Shown here piece after piece: positions 38,497 through 50,414 of a DNA stretch of 64,000 nt (its first letter is position 1; every line of letters starts with the position of its first letter). Origin of the DNA: Eledone cirrhosa (lineage: Eukaryota); assembly GCA_964016885.1 (NCBI GenBank), contig CAXHJY010001681.1, forward strand, positions 41,033-105,032, in the 5' to 3' direction. The notes below the pieces were generated by a model that searched no databases, had not been told where the DNA came from, and saw only the letters and a program-made list of their open reading frames with translations. A program made the translations under genes and the position numbers.

Positions 38497-40965
38497 AACC
38501 CCGACAACCACCTGATCACCTATAGATCAGGGGAGCACTCTAGTCAGTTGGATTTTATCCTCATCAGAGGACGTGACAGATGGACGGTCGTAAACACAAA
38601 AGCCTTCCCTAGTGAGGAATGTACATCCCAACATAGCTTAGTTGTCAGCGACCTCACGGTCAGAACTAGACGAGCCCTGAAACAGAGGCCAACCTGGAGA
38701 AGAAAGATCTGGAAGCTGAAAGTCCACTCAACCAGTAACAGATTTAAAGATATTTTACTCAACGCCTACGACAGTAAAGAAGAACAGATAGAGACATTTA
38801 ACGTAGAAGAGAACTGGGAGTTCCTAAAAAATAACTTACTAGAGGCGACGGATGAGGTTTGTGGCTGGAGTAAGACCTCAAGCAGGAGGAGAGTGACTTG
38901 GTGGTGGAACAATAAGGTAGATGAAGCAGTCAAGGCCAAGAGACAGGCATGGAAAGAATGGAAGAACGGGGGGAGCAGGGTACATTACATAGAGACCAAG
39001 AGGGAAGCTAGGCGACAAGTATACTTAGCTAGGAGGGAAGCAGAGGATAGAAAATTCAAGCATGTTTTACAACGTGAGGACCAGAAACAGGAGGTATTCA
39101 AGATTGCGAGGCAGTGTGTCAGAGATAGTTGTGATGTCATTGGAGAGAAGTGTATCCGGAATGATAAAGGTGAGCTTGCCCTCACAAGTGCTGAGAAGAA
39201 AGATGCATGGAAGAGTCATTATGATAGATTACTAAATGAGGAGAATGCATGGGAAGAAGAGACCCTACCCCACGTAGACCCTATAGAGGGACCAGCAGTA
39301 CAAGTCAGCGGCAGCGTAGTAAGTAAGGCAATCAGAGATATGAAGATAGGGAAGGCAACCGGTCCATCGGGTATAGCTGCCGAGATGCTGAAGGCATCTG
39401 GGTCTGTAGGTCACACTATAACCACACGTATCGTTAACCAGGTAATACTAGAGGGGGCCATACCAAAAGATTGGTGCAGTAGCATCATTGTCAACTGCTA
39501 CAAAGGTAAAGGCGATGCACTAGATAGAGGAAACTATAGAGGTATAAAGTTGATGGACCAGGTCATGAAAGTAACAGAAAGAGTTATAGCACAGCTGATT
39601 AGGGACCGGGTGAATATAGACGAGATGCAATTTGGGTTTGTACCAGGGAAAGGCACCACTGATGCCCTCTTCCTTGTGAGGCAATTACAGGAAAAGTACC
39701 TAGCTAAAAGTAAGCCACTCTACTTGGCATTTGACGACCTTGAGAAAGCCTTTGACAGAGTTCCACGTGCAGTAATCTGGTGGGCTCTTAGAAAACTAGG
39801 AGTAGATGAATGGCTTGTGAAAGCGGTACAAGCCATGTATAGGGGAGCAGTCAGCAAAGTTAGGATTGGCAATGAGTATAGCGAGGAATTTAGCGTACAG
39901 GTTGGGGTCCACCAGGGCTCTGTTCTTAGCCCTCTCCTGTTCATCATAGTCCTGCAGGCAATAACGGAGGAGTTTAAGACCGGATGCCCATGGGAACTCC
40001 TGTATGCTGATGACCTCGCACTCATAGCTGAATCTATGGTAGAACTAGAGAATAAATTCCAAACCTGGAAGCAGGGACTAGAGAGAAAGGGCCTCAAAGT
40101 CAACATGACAAAGACTAAGGTCCTTATAAGTAGACGAGAAAACAGAACCCAGATCCCCTCAGGGAAATGGCCTTGCTCAGTATGTAGGAAAGGTGTAGGT
40201 AGGAACTCCATTCTCTGCCCCAAATGCAAACAATGGGTACACAAGAGATGTAGCGGGATCTCAGGAAGCTTAATTAAGAATGTAGGATTCACATGCAGCA
40301 GCTGTGCTGAAACAGCAAGCAAACAGCCACAGGAAACAAGTACCACCAATCTCTGGGAGGGCCCTGTAGAAACAGTAGACAGCTTCTGCTACCTAGGTGA
40401 CCGAATTAGCAACGGAGGTGGGTGCTCAGAAAGTACAATAACTAGGGTAAGAACGGGATGGAAGAAGTTTAGGGAACTACTACCACTGCTAGCTGCAAAA
40501 GGCTTCTCCCTCAGAATGAAAGTCAGACTGTATGATGCGTGTATCCGAACAGCGATGTTGCATGGTAGTGAGACCTGGGCGCTGAAGGTGGAAGACTTAC
40601 GTAGATTAGAGAGAAACGAAGCCTGCATGCTCCGATGGATGTGTAACAGTAATATACGTGAACGACAAAGCATAAAGGAATTGAGAGAGAGACTGAGCAT
40701 AAGAGGAATCAAATGCTGCGTGCAGGAGAGGCGGTTACGCTGGTATGGACATGTGATGCGTATGAAGGATGACAGCTGCATAAAAAGGTGCAGAGCACTA
40801 GAAGTTGATGGAAACCGCGGAGTGGGGAGACCCAAGATGACTTGGGATGAGGTGATAAAAGCCGACCTTACCCAACTACACCTCTCAAAGTCAATGACAC
40901 ACGACCGTGACTTCTGGCGTCACGCAGTAATACAGGGTACCCGACCTCCCATGGGTACATGCTGA
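38491..40965 (+). CDS. RTE ORF2, N-terminally truncated: APE C-terminus, RT (YADD), PHD-type finger, C-terminal domain
   Basis: 824 uninterrupted codons with SQLDFIL, DLEKAFDRV, GVHQGSVLSP and LLYADD (YADD at 40003-40014), and a C4HC3 finger at 40174-40305. The 34 upstream codons in the ORF track are microsatellite. Confidence 0.92.
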
Positions 40966-41246
40966 AGCATATAAACAATATGCCCCCCCCCCCCACCGCA
41001 AGGTGGTCGTGGAGGTGCCACGGCAAAAAAGCACCCAGCCCACACTGTAAAGTGGACGTGTAGGCGCCACGAAAAAGCACCCAGCACTCACTGTAAATGA
41101 GGTTGGTGTTAGGAAGGGCATCCAGCTGTAGAAATCAAGCCAGATCAGTTCCTGTATGAGCAAGGCATGGTCAGCCAACCAGACACTGCCCACAACAGGA
41201 CAACCCGTCTAACCCATGCTAGCGTGGAAGAACGGACGTAAAACGG

Positions 41247-41277
<31 letters not shown>
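38491..41277 (+). mobile_element. Young 5'-truncated RTE-clade LINE inserted in (TA)n
   Basis: Begins mid-endonuclease directly after (TA)n and ends with 3' UTR and a long pure (GAT)n tail. Confidence 0.97.
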
Positions 41278-41527
41278 ATATAATTTATGTATGTATGTAT
41301 ACTCACACACACAAACAGAGAGAAAGACTTAACTGCATGTGTATGAATCTGTCGATTTCTAAATGCACATATTTACCAACACACATTTACACACTGTACC
41401 TCACAAAGAGACACAGGATTGCAAGTATACACACAATCATATGCAAACATATCCACATAAAAACCTATAATGTATACATATGAATCTATGTGTGTACATA
41501 CATACACATACAAACAGACACTGTGTA

Positions 41528-44500
41528 TCATTATCATCATTTTTACATCTGCTTTTTCATGCTTGCATGGGCTGGATGGGTCCTTCTCAGCATCTCTCCA
41601 CTGGACGTGTTCCTTTGTCATCTCCTCACCAAGTCTTAGTGATTTTAAGTCAGCTCTCACAACCTCTGCCCAGGTCTTTTCCGGTTGTCCTCTACTGCAG
41701 CTTCATGCCACTATGATTTCTTGGCTTTTTTTACCTATTGGTCATTGTCCATGCGCATCACATGTACATACCAATGCAGTCTTCTCCCCTGCACACCATC
41801 TCGGATTCCTCTTAAACCTAGTTTCTCCCTCAGCTCATCCAAGCTTTGCCTTTTTCTCACATTTACATTGCACATTCAACAAAACATGATTGCTTCATTT
41901 CTCTCCAGTCTATACATGTCTTCTGCAGTCACAGCCCATGTTTCACTGCCATGAAGCATTGTGCACCACATACTGGTGTCATACAGCCTTCCTTTTGTAT
42001 GTAGAGAGAAACCTTTTGTTGTCAGCAGTGGGATTAGTTTTCTAAACTTCTTCCATCCTATCTTTATTCTAGCTATCATACTCTCGGCACATCATCCTCC
42101 ACTGCTAATTAGGTCACCTAGATAGCAGAACCATCAACCACGTCTATGGATCCTTCCTGTGCCTGGAAAAGGTTTATATCATTAGCACTCCCCTTCTCGA
42201 TTTCTCCTGTGCATCTTCTACATGCAAAATACTCCCTTCCTGTTAGTCTACTCGTTATCCTACTACATCTTTTGTGCACTCAATATTTACATTGTGTACA
42301 TCGTATGGAGTTGATGACTTTTCTTTTTCTGCATATTGAGCAGGGCCACTTCCCTGGGTCCTATCTTCTCTCCTACTCACTCGTACTTTAGTTTTGGTTA
42401 CGTTTACTCTCAGAGCTTTTGATTCCAAATTCAGTTTCCATAATCAGAATTTATTTTTGGTTTTAGCTATAAGGACCAAATCATCTACATAATGAAGCTC
42501 CCATGGATAGCCTGTTTTAACTCCTCTGTTATGGCCTGAAGAACTATGATGAACATCAGTAGGCTAAGAACTCAACCTTGATGAACTACCTGTAACCTGA
42601 ATTCCTCACTAAACTCATTTGCTACTCTCACTTTACTGACAGCTCCTCTGTACATATCTTGCACTTGTCTCACAAGCTATTCTTCTACATCTAATTTCCT
42701 TAAGGATCACCAGATAATAGATCGAGGTACTCTGTGAAAAGCCTTCTCTAGATCAACAAAAGCTAAACAGAGTGGCATATTTTTGGCTAGGAACTTCTCT
42801 TGTAGTTGCCTCACTAAGAAGAGGGCATCTGTCGTATTTTCCCAGCCATGAAACTGCATCTTGTCTATTTTGATTCTTTCCCTAATTATTTGCCCTATAA
42901 CTCTTTCTGTCATTTTCATAACTTGGTCCATTAGTTTTATTCCTCTATTGTTGCTCCTTTCTAGAGATCACCATTGCCCTTGTCATAATTTATGATTGTA
43001 CTGCTGTACTAGTTATTGGGTATGACTCCTTCATGTATTACTTGATTTACTATACGGGTTATTATTTTGACTCCTACCTCTCCTGATGCTTTTAGCATCT
43101 CAGCAACTATTTCTGATGATCCCGCAGCTTTATCATTCTTCCTCTCCTTGATTCTTCTTTGACCCCATAACTATCAACTTCAATAGCTAGTCCTTCTGGT
43201 GGGTAAGTTGTCATTCTCTACATTCATCAATTTCTCATATCAACATTTCCAGGCCTATTTCTTTCGGGTATCAGTGGTGCTAAATACACCAGCATAATTT
43301 CTAACACATTTTCTCCCAACAACATCTCGATTTACACTCACACACTGCTTTGCAATACAGAACACTTCACATCTCTGATCCTCACGTCTCAAGACATTGA
43401 CAAATCTTTCTTAAGCCTCTCTCTGAACTGCATATATCTGTCACCTAGTTTCTGTCTTAGCTACTTGGTACCCCCATTTTTCCAGTCTTTCCATGCCTGT
43501 CTCTAGGGTTTAATGGCTCTATCTACTGTGCTGTTCCACCACCAGTTCACCCTCAGTCTGGTTGGCACTTTACTCCAGCCATGTGTCTTGCCAGTACTTT
43601 GCAAAAGGTTGTTGTGTAAGCATTTCCAGTTGTCCTCTATATTATATGTATCCAGCTTGTCATCCCTCTCATCAAGTGCATCCTGTAGGGCCTTTCTAAA
43701 CCTATATTTAACCAAGCGGTCCTTTAGCTCCCACACCCTCCACCTCCATATTTTCCTGCGTGTCTTCTTCAGTCTTGTATTTATTTTGATGACACTAATA
43801 ACTAACGTGTTGGGTGGTGCATTCTTCCCCAGGGAAGGCCTTAGTATTTATTACAGACCATTTGTCTTGTTGTCTAAAAATTAAGTAATCAATTTGGCTT
43901 GTGTGTTCACCTGATTGAAATGAAATCAGATGGTTGGCTGTTTTCCTGAAATTTTTGTTGCAGATGGTTAGTTCATTTGTGTAACAGAATTCCAGGAGTC
44001 TCAGCCCCTCTTCCTTCCTTGAGCCATGACCATAGCCACCACAAACTCCATTGAATCCATCCTGGTACCATCCTGCATATCCATTAAAGTTGCCTGCCAG
44101 GATGATACGGTCTCTTCCGTCAGTACCTAAAATTGTCTGTAAAAGTTCCTCATAGAACCCATCCTTTTATTCTTTACCCAGTCCTGCCTGCAGAGCATAG
44201 GTAAATGTCATTATCACCAGTCTATTTCCTACAGTCAATCTAAGCTTGATGATTCTGTCACTTACTCTAACTACCTCTATCAATTTATCTATCCATTTCT
44301 CAGCTAGTAGGATGCCTACACCTCCTACCCTATAGTCATTTCCTATTCAGTACAGTTTACATCTAAGTTGCTTGCCCGTAATTAGGCACCCCACCATCTC
44401 AATTCTTGTACACAGCATACATCTACTCCTCTTCTCTCTAACAATTCCACAATTTCACCCGATTTGCATTTCAGGGTACCAACGTTGGGGGTGCTAGTCC

Positions 44501-44650
44501 TGAGATTTGTACCTTGATAGTTGTTGCTACTTCTTTGGTTAGAGGTTCTATGTACCTAAAAGGGAAAGTGGTTATGTGATTACTTGATGACGGTCAAGGG
44601 GTTCTCACACATGGCTATTCTAGCCACCCCACTACCGTGTACAGCACTAA
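41528..44650 (-). mobile_element. Older, diverged RTE LINE subfamily, near full length, tail-to-tail with the young copy
   Basis: Minus ORFs 43503-43736, 42707-42931 (AFVDLEKAFHRVP) and 41876-42079 (MLHGSETWA); finger remnant near 42210-42350; APE start near 44500. Confidence 0.9.
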
Positions 44651-45472
44651 CATGACTAGTGTCAGCCCTGTGTTCGCAACTAGTGCAAATCATATTGGTC
44701 ATACTTTACATAATTTTGGCTGGGTTTTACTGGCAGGATGCCCTTCTTATCACCGACCACTTTACAGCGTGGAATGGGCACATTGTTCGTTGCACCAGCA
44801 CTAGAGAGGTTGTCTTACCAGACTTAACAGCCCTCTCCATCCTGTATCAGTTTTTATTTGGTGTATCTACTCTCCTAGACAGGTAGCCTTCACTACAGCT
44901 TATGGAGCCCATGTCTGCCTCATAGAGTTGTTTTCAATCAGAGTCACTGCTCTCCTAGATATGATGCCTTCACTACAGCTTGTGGAGTCCATGTCATACA
45001 TTACAAACTTGTGAGTATATGAATTTATACTTCAATGTACAAAGAACAGACAGACACAGCTATTGAAGAGAGAGAGAGAGACAGAGAAAGAAAGAGAGAG
45101 CGTGAGAGAGAGAGAGAGTTAATAAAGAAGAATTGTAAGGGAAAGATAATTATCTAATTAAAACACTAAATGTTCTTTTTTTCTTTTTCTTTTCTTAGAA
45201 AAGGAAACTGCTTCATCTCAGACCACACACATCCAACTCTGTCTTTACTTCTCCATTAGAACTTTCAGTCATTCACTATAACTTTTTCTGAAATTCTCTC
45301 TGGGAATCAAGAAATTCTTTCTTTTTAATTATTAATGGATTATTCTTTAATGGATCTGAATCTTTTTGCCAAATTTTGTGAGGATTCCTTGAGAAATGTC
45401 AATGTTTTTTCAAGACAAACAGACAAACTTTCATGTTTATTGTATAGACAAAATTAAGAAACTCAACAAAAG

Positions 45473-45510
<38 letters not shown>

Positions 45511-45516
45511 ACTTAC

Positions 45517-45571
45517 AAATCAAAGACCAGGTAATGAAATCCTTCATCTTGTATACTGTCATGCAAGCGCA
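45517..45571 (-). CDS. CaMKII: CaMKII next internal exon (55 bp), encoding (V)RLHDSIQDEGFHYLVFD(L)
   Basis: Reverse complement reads cttcttacag|TGCGCTTGCATGACAGTATACAAGATGAAGGATTTCATTACCTGGTCTTTGATTT|gtaagt. It splices in frame to the 60-bp exon (G+TG = Val) and continues the CaMKII sequence. Confidence 0.96.
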
Positions 45572-46266
45572 CTGTAAGAAGAAGCAAAGGCAGGAGGTAA
45601 AATAATTTTCATGTTATATACAAAAACAGTGTACATATAATTAAACTATAACATTGGGCTTTACTGAACTGTATGGTATGGTTCAGTAACTCCTGACAGA
45701 GTTGTAGGGGCATTATAGTGACATACAGCGTTTCTTGGACATTTTAAGCCTAGCAAAGCCCATCCATCTCCAGGTCTGAACACAGCAGATTTTTTCAGAG
45801 AAGGATAGCAAGTGAGTGAGAGGAATTCAGAAAGAGATACTTGACTGGTACTTTTTTTATTGGTCTCAAAAGGATGAAAGGCAAAGTTGACCTTGGTGGG
45901 AGTTGAGGGCAAAGAGCCGGAATTGTTTAATGTATACCATAAAGCATTTTATCCTATGTTTTCATGCCTTTGCCAATTCACTACCTATGGTTAGCAGCAA
46001 AATAATATGATAGCTGTAAAATATTCCTTGAATATATATTTTTTGAAAAAGGGGCAGTGACTTCAAATTTTTGGCTGTAATACCTCTTCTAATTACATGT
46101 TCTTGTTATTGGATGTTTATATTTTTGTAGGCAGAAGAGGCACTACAACTGAAAACTTCTAGTCATAACTTTTTACTTAAAAAATAAAACATTTACTCTG
46201 CTTTATGTAGTGTTAATTTTGTTAATGTTTGACTGTCTCTGTACAATTATACATAAAACATCTGCA

Positions 46267-46297
<31 letters not shown>

Positions 46298-46464
46298 TAT
46301 AAAAGAAAGACGAACACAGATATATACATATATGTGTTCAAATCAAAAGGGACCAGATTCGTTAAGGTGAAAAGAATACTAACTATAGACAATAGGGTTT
46401 GCCTGACTCAATTTAAGAATAAATCAAGAAAATAAATACAAACCGGAATTGTGGTAACTACCAA

Positions 46465-46545
46465 TCACTCAGGCAGCTTTTGGTACTGCTGTTTCGCAAT
46501 ATTAATTGTGAATAGGAATGCCAATTCTTGCTCATCAGTGGGTGA
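46465..46545 (-). ncRNA. Type I hammerhead ribozyme, variant core, inverted copy
   Basis: Reverse complement of 47128-47208 except for one stem I mismatch (TGAGTGA). Confidence 0.68.
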
Positions 46546-47127
46546 AGAATTAGTATCCTAGACACTTCTAAGTATATTAAGAAACTGAATAGTATGCGTA
46601 TATATAACAACGCACATAATATCTGAACTTAGCGTGTCTCACAAACTCACACCACTAAAAATAGCAGCCAGGTTTATTCGACATTTGAATTAGCTCAACA
46701 AATTAACGGAGCCGAATATATCAAAGGTATATATTGAATATATCAAAGGTATATATTTACCCTATTGTCTATAGTTAGTATTCTTTTCACCTTAGCGAAT
46801 CTGGTCCCTTACAATTTGAACACATATATGTATATATCTGTGTTCGTCTTTCTTTTATATTCAATTATAATATACGGCTCGGAAAATCTCTTTCCTAGAG
46901 CTATTTTATTGTAAGAGACTATTTTGAGTTTCTAACTCAATATATACCTTTGATATATTTGGCTCCGTTAATTTGTTGAGCTAATTCAAATGTCGAATAA
47001 ACCTGGCTGCTATTTTTAGTGGTGTAGGTTTGTGAGACACGCTAAGTTCAGATACCATGTGCGTTGTTATATATACGCTACTATTCAGTTTCTTAATATA
47101 CTTAGAAGTGTCTAGGATACTAATTCT

Positions 47128-47208
47128 TCACCCACTGATGAGCAAGAATTGGCATTCCTATTCACAATTAATATTGCGAAACAGCAGTACCAAAAGCTGC
47201 CTGGGTGA
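47128..47208 (+). ncRNA. Type I hammerhead ribozyme, variant core (GCC at the cleavage triplet)
   Basis: Stem I TCACCCA/TGGGTGA; CTGATGA at 47135-47141; stem II GCAA...TTGC; GAAA at 47178-47181; stem III CAGC/GCTG with a 10-nt loop. Confidence 0.75.
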
Positions 47209-47481
47209 TTGGTAGTTACCACAATTCCGGTTTGTATTTATTTTCTTGATTTATTCTTAAATTGAGTCAGGCAAACCCTATTGTCTATAGTTAGTATTCT
47301 TTTCACCTTAGCGAATCTGGTCCCGTACGATTTGAACACATATATGTATATATCTGTGTTCGTCTTTCTTTTATATTCAGTTATAATATACGGCTTGGAA
47401 AAATCCCTTTCCTAGAGCTATTTTATTGTAAGAGACTATTTTGAGTTTCTAACTCAATATATACCTTTGATATATATATAG

Positions 47482-48073
47482 TCACGTGATGCGCATGAAA
47501 GACGACAGCTATATAACAAAGTGCAGGGCAATAAAGATAGACGGTAGCCACGGAATAGGCAGACCCAGAAAAACCTGGGACGACCTGATAAATTCCGACC
47601 TCACACACTTACACCTCTCCAAGACAATGTCACTGGACCGAGATCTTTGGCGGTACTCAGTAATAGAGAAGACCCGCCTTACCTAAATACAAAGTAAAAC
47701 CTACTACAGTCAGTAGGCATCTCTAACAAAATACACCCCCGTCCCACCACCCCCACCCCATCCACACCGCCCCTTTCAATGTAAAGTTATGTTGGTGCCA
47801 CAACATCCAGGCCGAAACAAATGAGATCGTGTAGGTGTCACGACAAAAAAACACACAGTCCACGCTGTAATGTGGCCGTGTAGGCAACACAGTAAGAACC
47901 TCCCAGCCCCACACTGTAAATGTGGTTGGTGTTAGGAAGGGCATCCAGCTGTAGAAAACTCGCCAGACAGTCCTATGCGAGCAAGACAACCACTCTTGCC
48001 TCAAGTGGGAAAACTCCCGTCCAAACCCATGCAAGCGTGGAACATGGACGTTAAATGATGATGATGATGATGA
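47482..48073 (+). mobile_element. 5'-truncated RTE LINE (sister subfamily): ORF end and 3' UTR
   Basis: HVMRMKDDSYITKCRAIKIDGSHGIGRPRKTWDD..., then 3' UTR and (GAT)n. (TA)n on both sides. Confidence 0.9.
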
Positions 48074-50219
48074 TATATATATATATATATATATATTTTT
48101 TTTCTCTCCAGCCTTTCAACCTCCATGACATGATCTGAGAGAGTGTGTGCATACATGTGCGAGTTAAAACTGGAGCAAGTATATTATGGATGATCTAATT
48201 TAGCTGTTTAAGAAAGCAAAATCTGTTATATCCCTTTGCATATATTCTGTGTGGTGTCAAAAGATTTGCTGCACATTTGCAACCTGGTCACTGACAACTC
48301 CACTGCAGCTGTTGAAATTAGTACTGGCAAGTTTTATAGGCCTCAAGGAATTTTCTTTAGCTTCACTTTTTTTTTCATTTATTTCTGTTTTTCTATTTAC
48401 CATCTTTTATTTATTTAGTTTTTAAATTCTCCAGACATGTGCGCCTGTTAAATACTTGTTGTTTGACCTTGTGCCATTGATTGCCATTAGCCACTTTTGT
48501 GTTCAGTTCTTCTAAAGATTACTACTATCCCACTTTCATTTTGTTTTCTTTTGCCATGATGGTTGGTTCATAATGTATGCAGATAAAATATTTTTTGAAA
48601 TATCTTTTTGTGGTACAAGCTTATAGAAATTAGATTCTTGCTTAATTGACTTAAATTTCACAGGGCATTTCACTATAGAAAAATAGTAAAAAGAGTCGGG
48701 AGGACTTTTCAGTTGTGTCAAGGGCAGAATAACTTCTCTAATGTTGGTGGTATATAAGATAAATGCATCCAATGCACTCTGTGAAGTGGTTGGTGATAGT
48801 AAGTCATCCAACCATAGAAAACTTGCCAAACAAAGGGTTCGGAGAACTCTTCAGTTGTGTTAAAGTCATAACAACCACCCTAATGCTGGTGCACTCTGTT
48901 TAGTGTGGGAATGTATGTGAGATGCAATACCCCTCTCCCTGCTACCCACCATCTAAGAGGTCAGTAGCACCAATTAAGTACTAACTTAGCAGGTAGAAAC
49001 AGACATTAAATGATGATGATGTATTGAGTAAAACAAACAAAAGTATACCAAATAATCATTTAAAAATAATATATTAGATAAAATCACACATATCAGGTGC
49101 AGACAAATCTCTGAGGTTAAGGAGTTTGTTTCACAACTAGATGGCTTGGGTTCAATCCCAGTGAATGGCACTTTGAGCAAGTATATTCTACTGTAGCCTC
49201 AGGTTAGCCAATGCCTTGTGAGTGGAAATTGGTTGAAGGAAACTGCAGAAATCCTTCTGTGTGTGTGTGTCTATGTCTGTATTTGTGTTTGTGTATGTGT
49301 TTATATCCCATAACTTAGTGGTTTGACAAAAAAGATATCAATAAAATAAGCAACATACGTGAAATAGTGAGTGCTAGAGTCAATATGATTGAGTAAATCA
49401 AGGCAGTGCCATGGAAGGACAAAGTCTAATAACTGAAGATGTAAAAGAAGATATAGATGCATACCTCTGTATACACACACACACACAAAATACATACATG
49501 TGCATAAAACTAAACTGGGGGAGGGTTATATGCACTTTTTGAGTAGGATGCATTGGTATTACACCATTTCAACTTATGATTGAGAGTAGGTTTGTAGTCT
49601 CATATGCAGAATGAATCAGTTACCTTCCTTAACATTGTATCATAAGGGTGTGCAGATATGATATCTGTCAATACTGAGTCTACTGTGTTAATTTGATGAG
49701 TGTTGGTACAATATGCATATGGATTTCTTTTCAGGATAGTTCTTCTAATGTTCTATTAAATCATTTCATTAAATCTGTCTATCCTAAGTAAGTTTCAGGG
49801 AGGTTTTCAAATACTCTTTCTTAGCACCATATACCATAACAGAGAGGCTACATATTAAGTATACTTAGCAAGGAGTGAAACAGGAAAAGTAATATATTCT
49901 GTAATGGAAGAATCAGTGGTGTGAGATGTCCCAGATGGCAGAGCAGTGTGTCAGTATAAATGAGGACATCATTGGTGAGAAATATGTATATACTGATAGC
50001 ACCACATACACCATCACTGATGCAAAGAAGAAAGAAGCATAGGAATGCCATTAAATGAGGTTGCTGAATGAAAAGAATGCTTAGGAAGGAGAGGAACAAC
50101 AGCAAATAGACTCAACAGAGGGACCAGCTACTAAAATTGACAAGTGAAATGGCCATTAAGGATATGCAGGCAGACAAAGCAGATGGATTATCATAATGTT
50201 TTATAACATTTTAACTTTA

Positions 50220-50414
50220 TGAGGATCGGCTGAAAAGTTCATAGACTAACTATGAAGGAGTGATGCTAGTGTTATGAAATCTTGCATGCATTAATTTCAA
50301 CTCTTATTAATAACTGCATTGTTTCTTTCCAGAGACTATGTAGAAAAATAAACCTTATTCGGTCATTCCTCAAGAGTATCTTGATCAGCTTATGAACTTT
50401 TCAGCTGAACCTCA
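50220..50414. mobile_element. Mariner-type MITE
   Basis: TIRs TGAGGATCGGCTGAAAAGTTCATA and TATGAACTTTTCAGCTGAACCTCA, with TA on the left. Confidence 0.75.

Larger units (their letters stand above)
46289..47476. mobile_element. Non-coding ~516-bp hammerhead-bearing repeat: one inverted partial copy plus about 1.4 tandem copies, between (TA)n tracts
   Basis: The unit starts at 46759 and restarts at 47275. 46289-46737 is the reverse complement of a circularly permuted unit. Confidence 0.85.

Noticed and set aside
39720-40835. Long antisense ORFs inside LINE copies
   Set aside because: Shadow frames of the RT coding strand.
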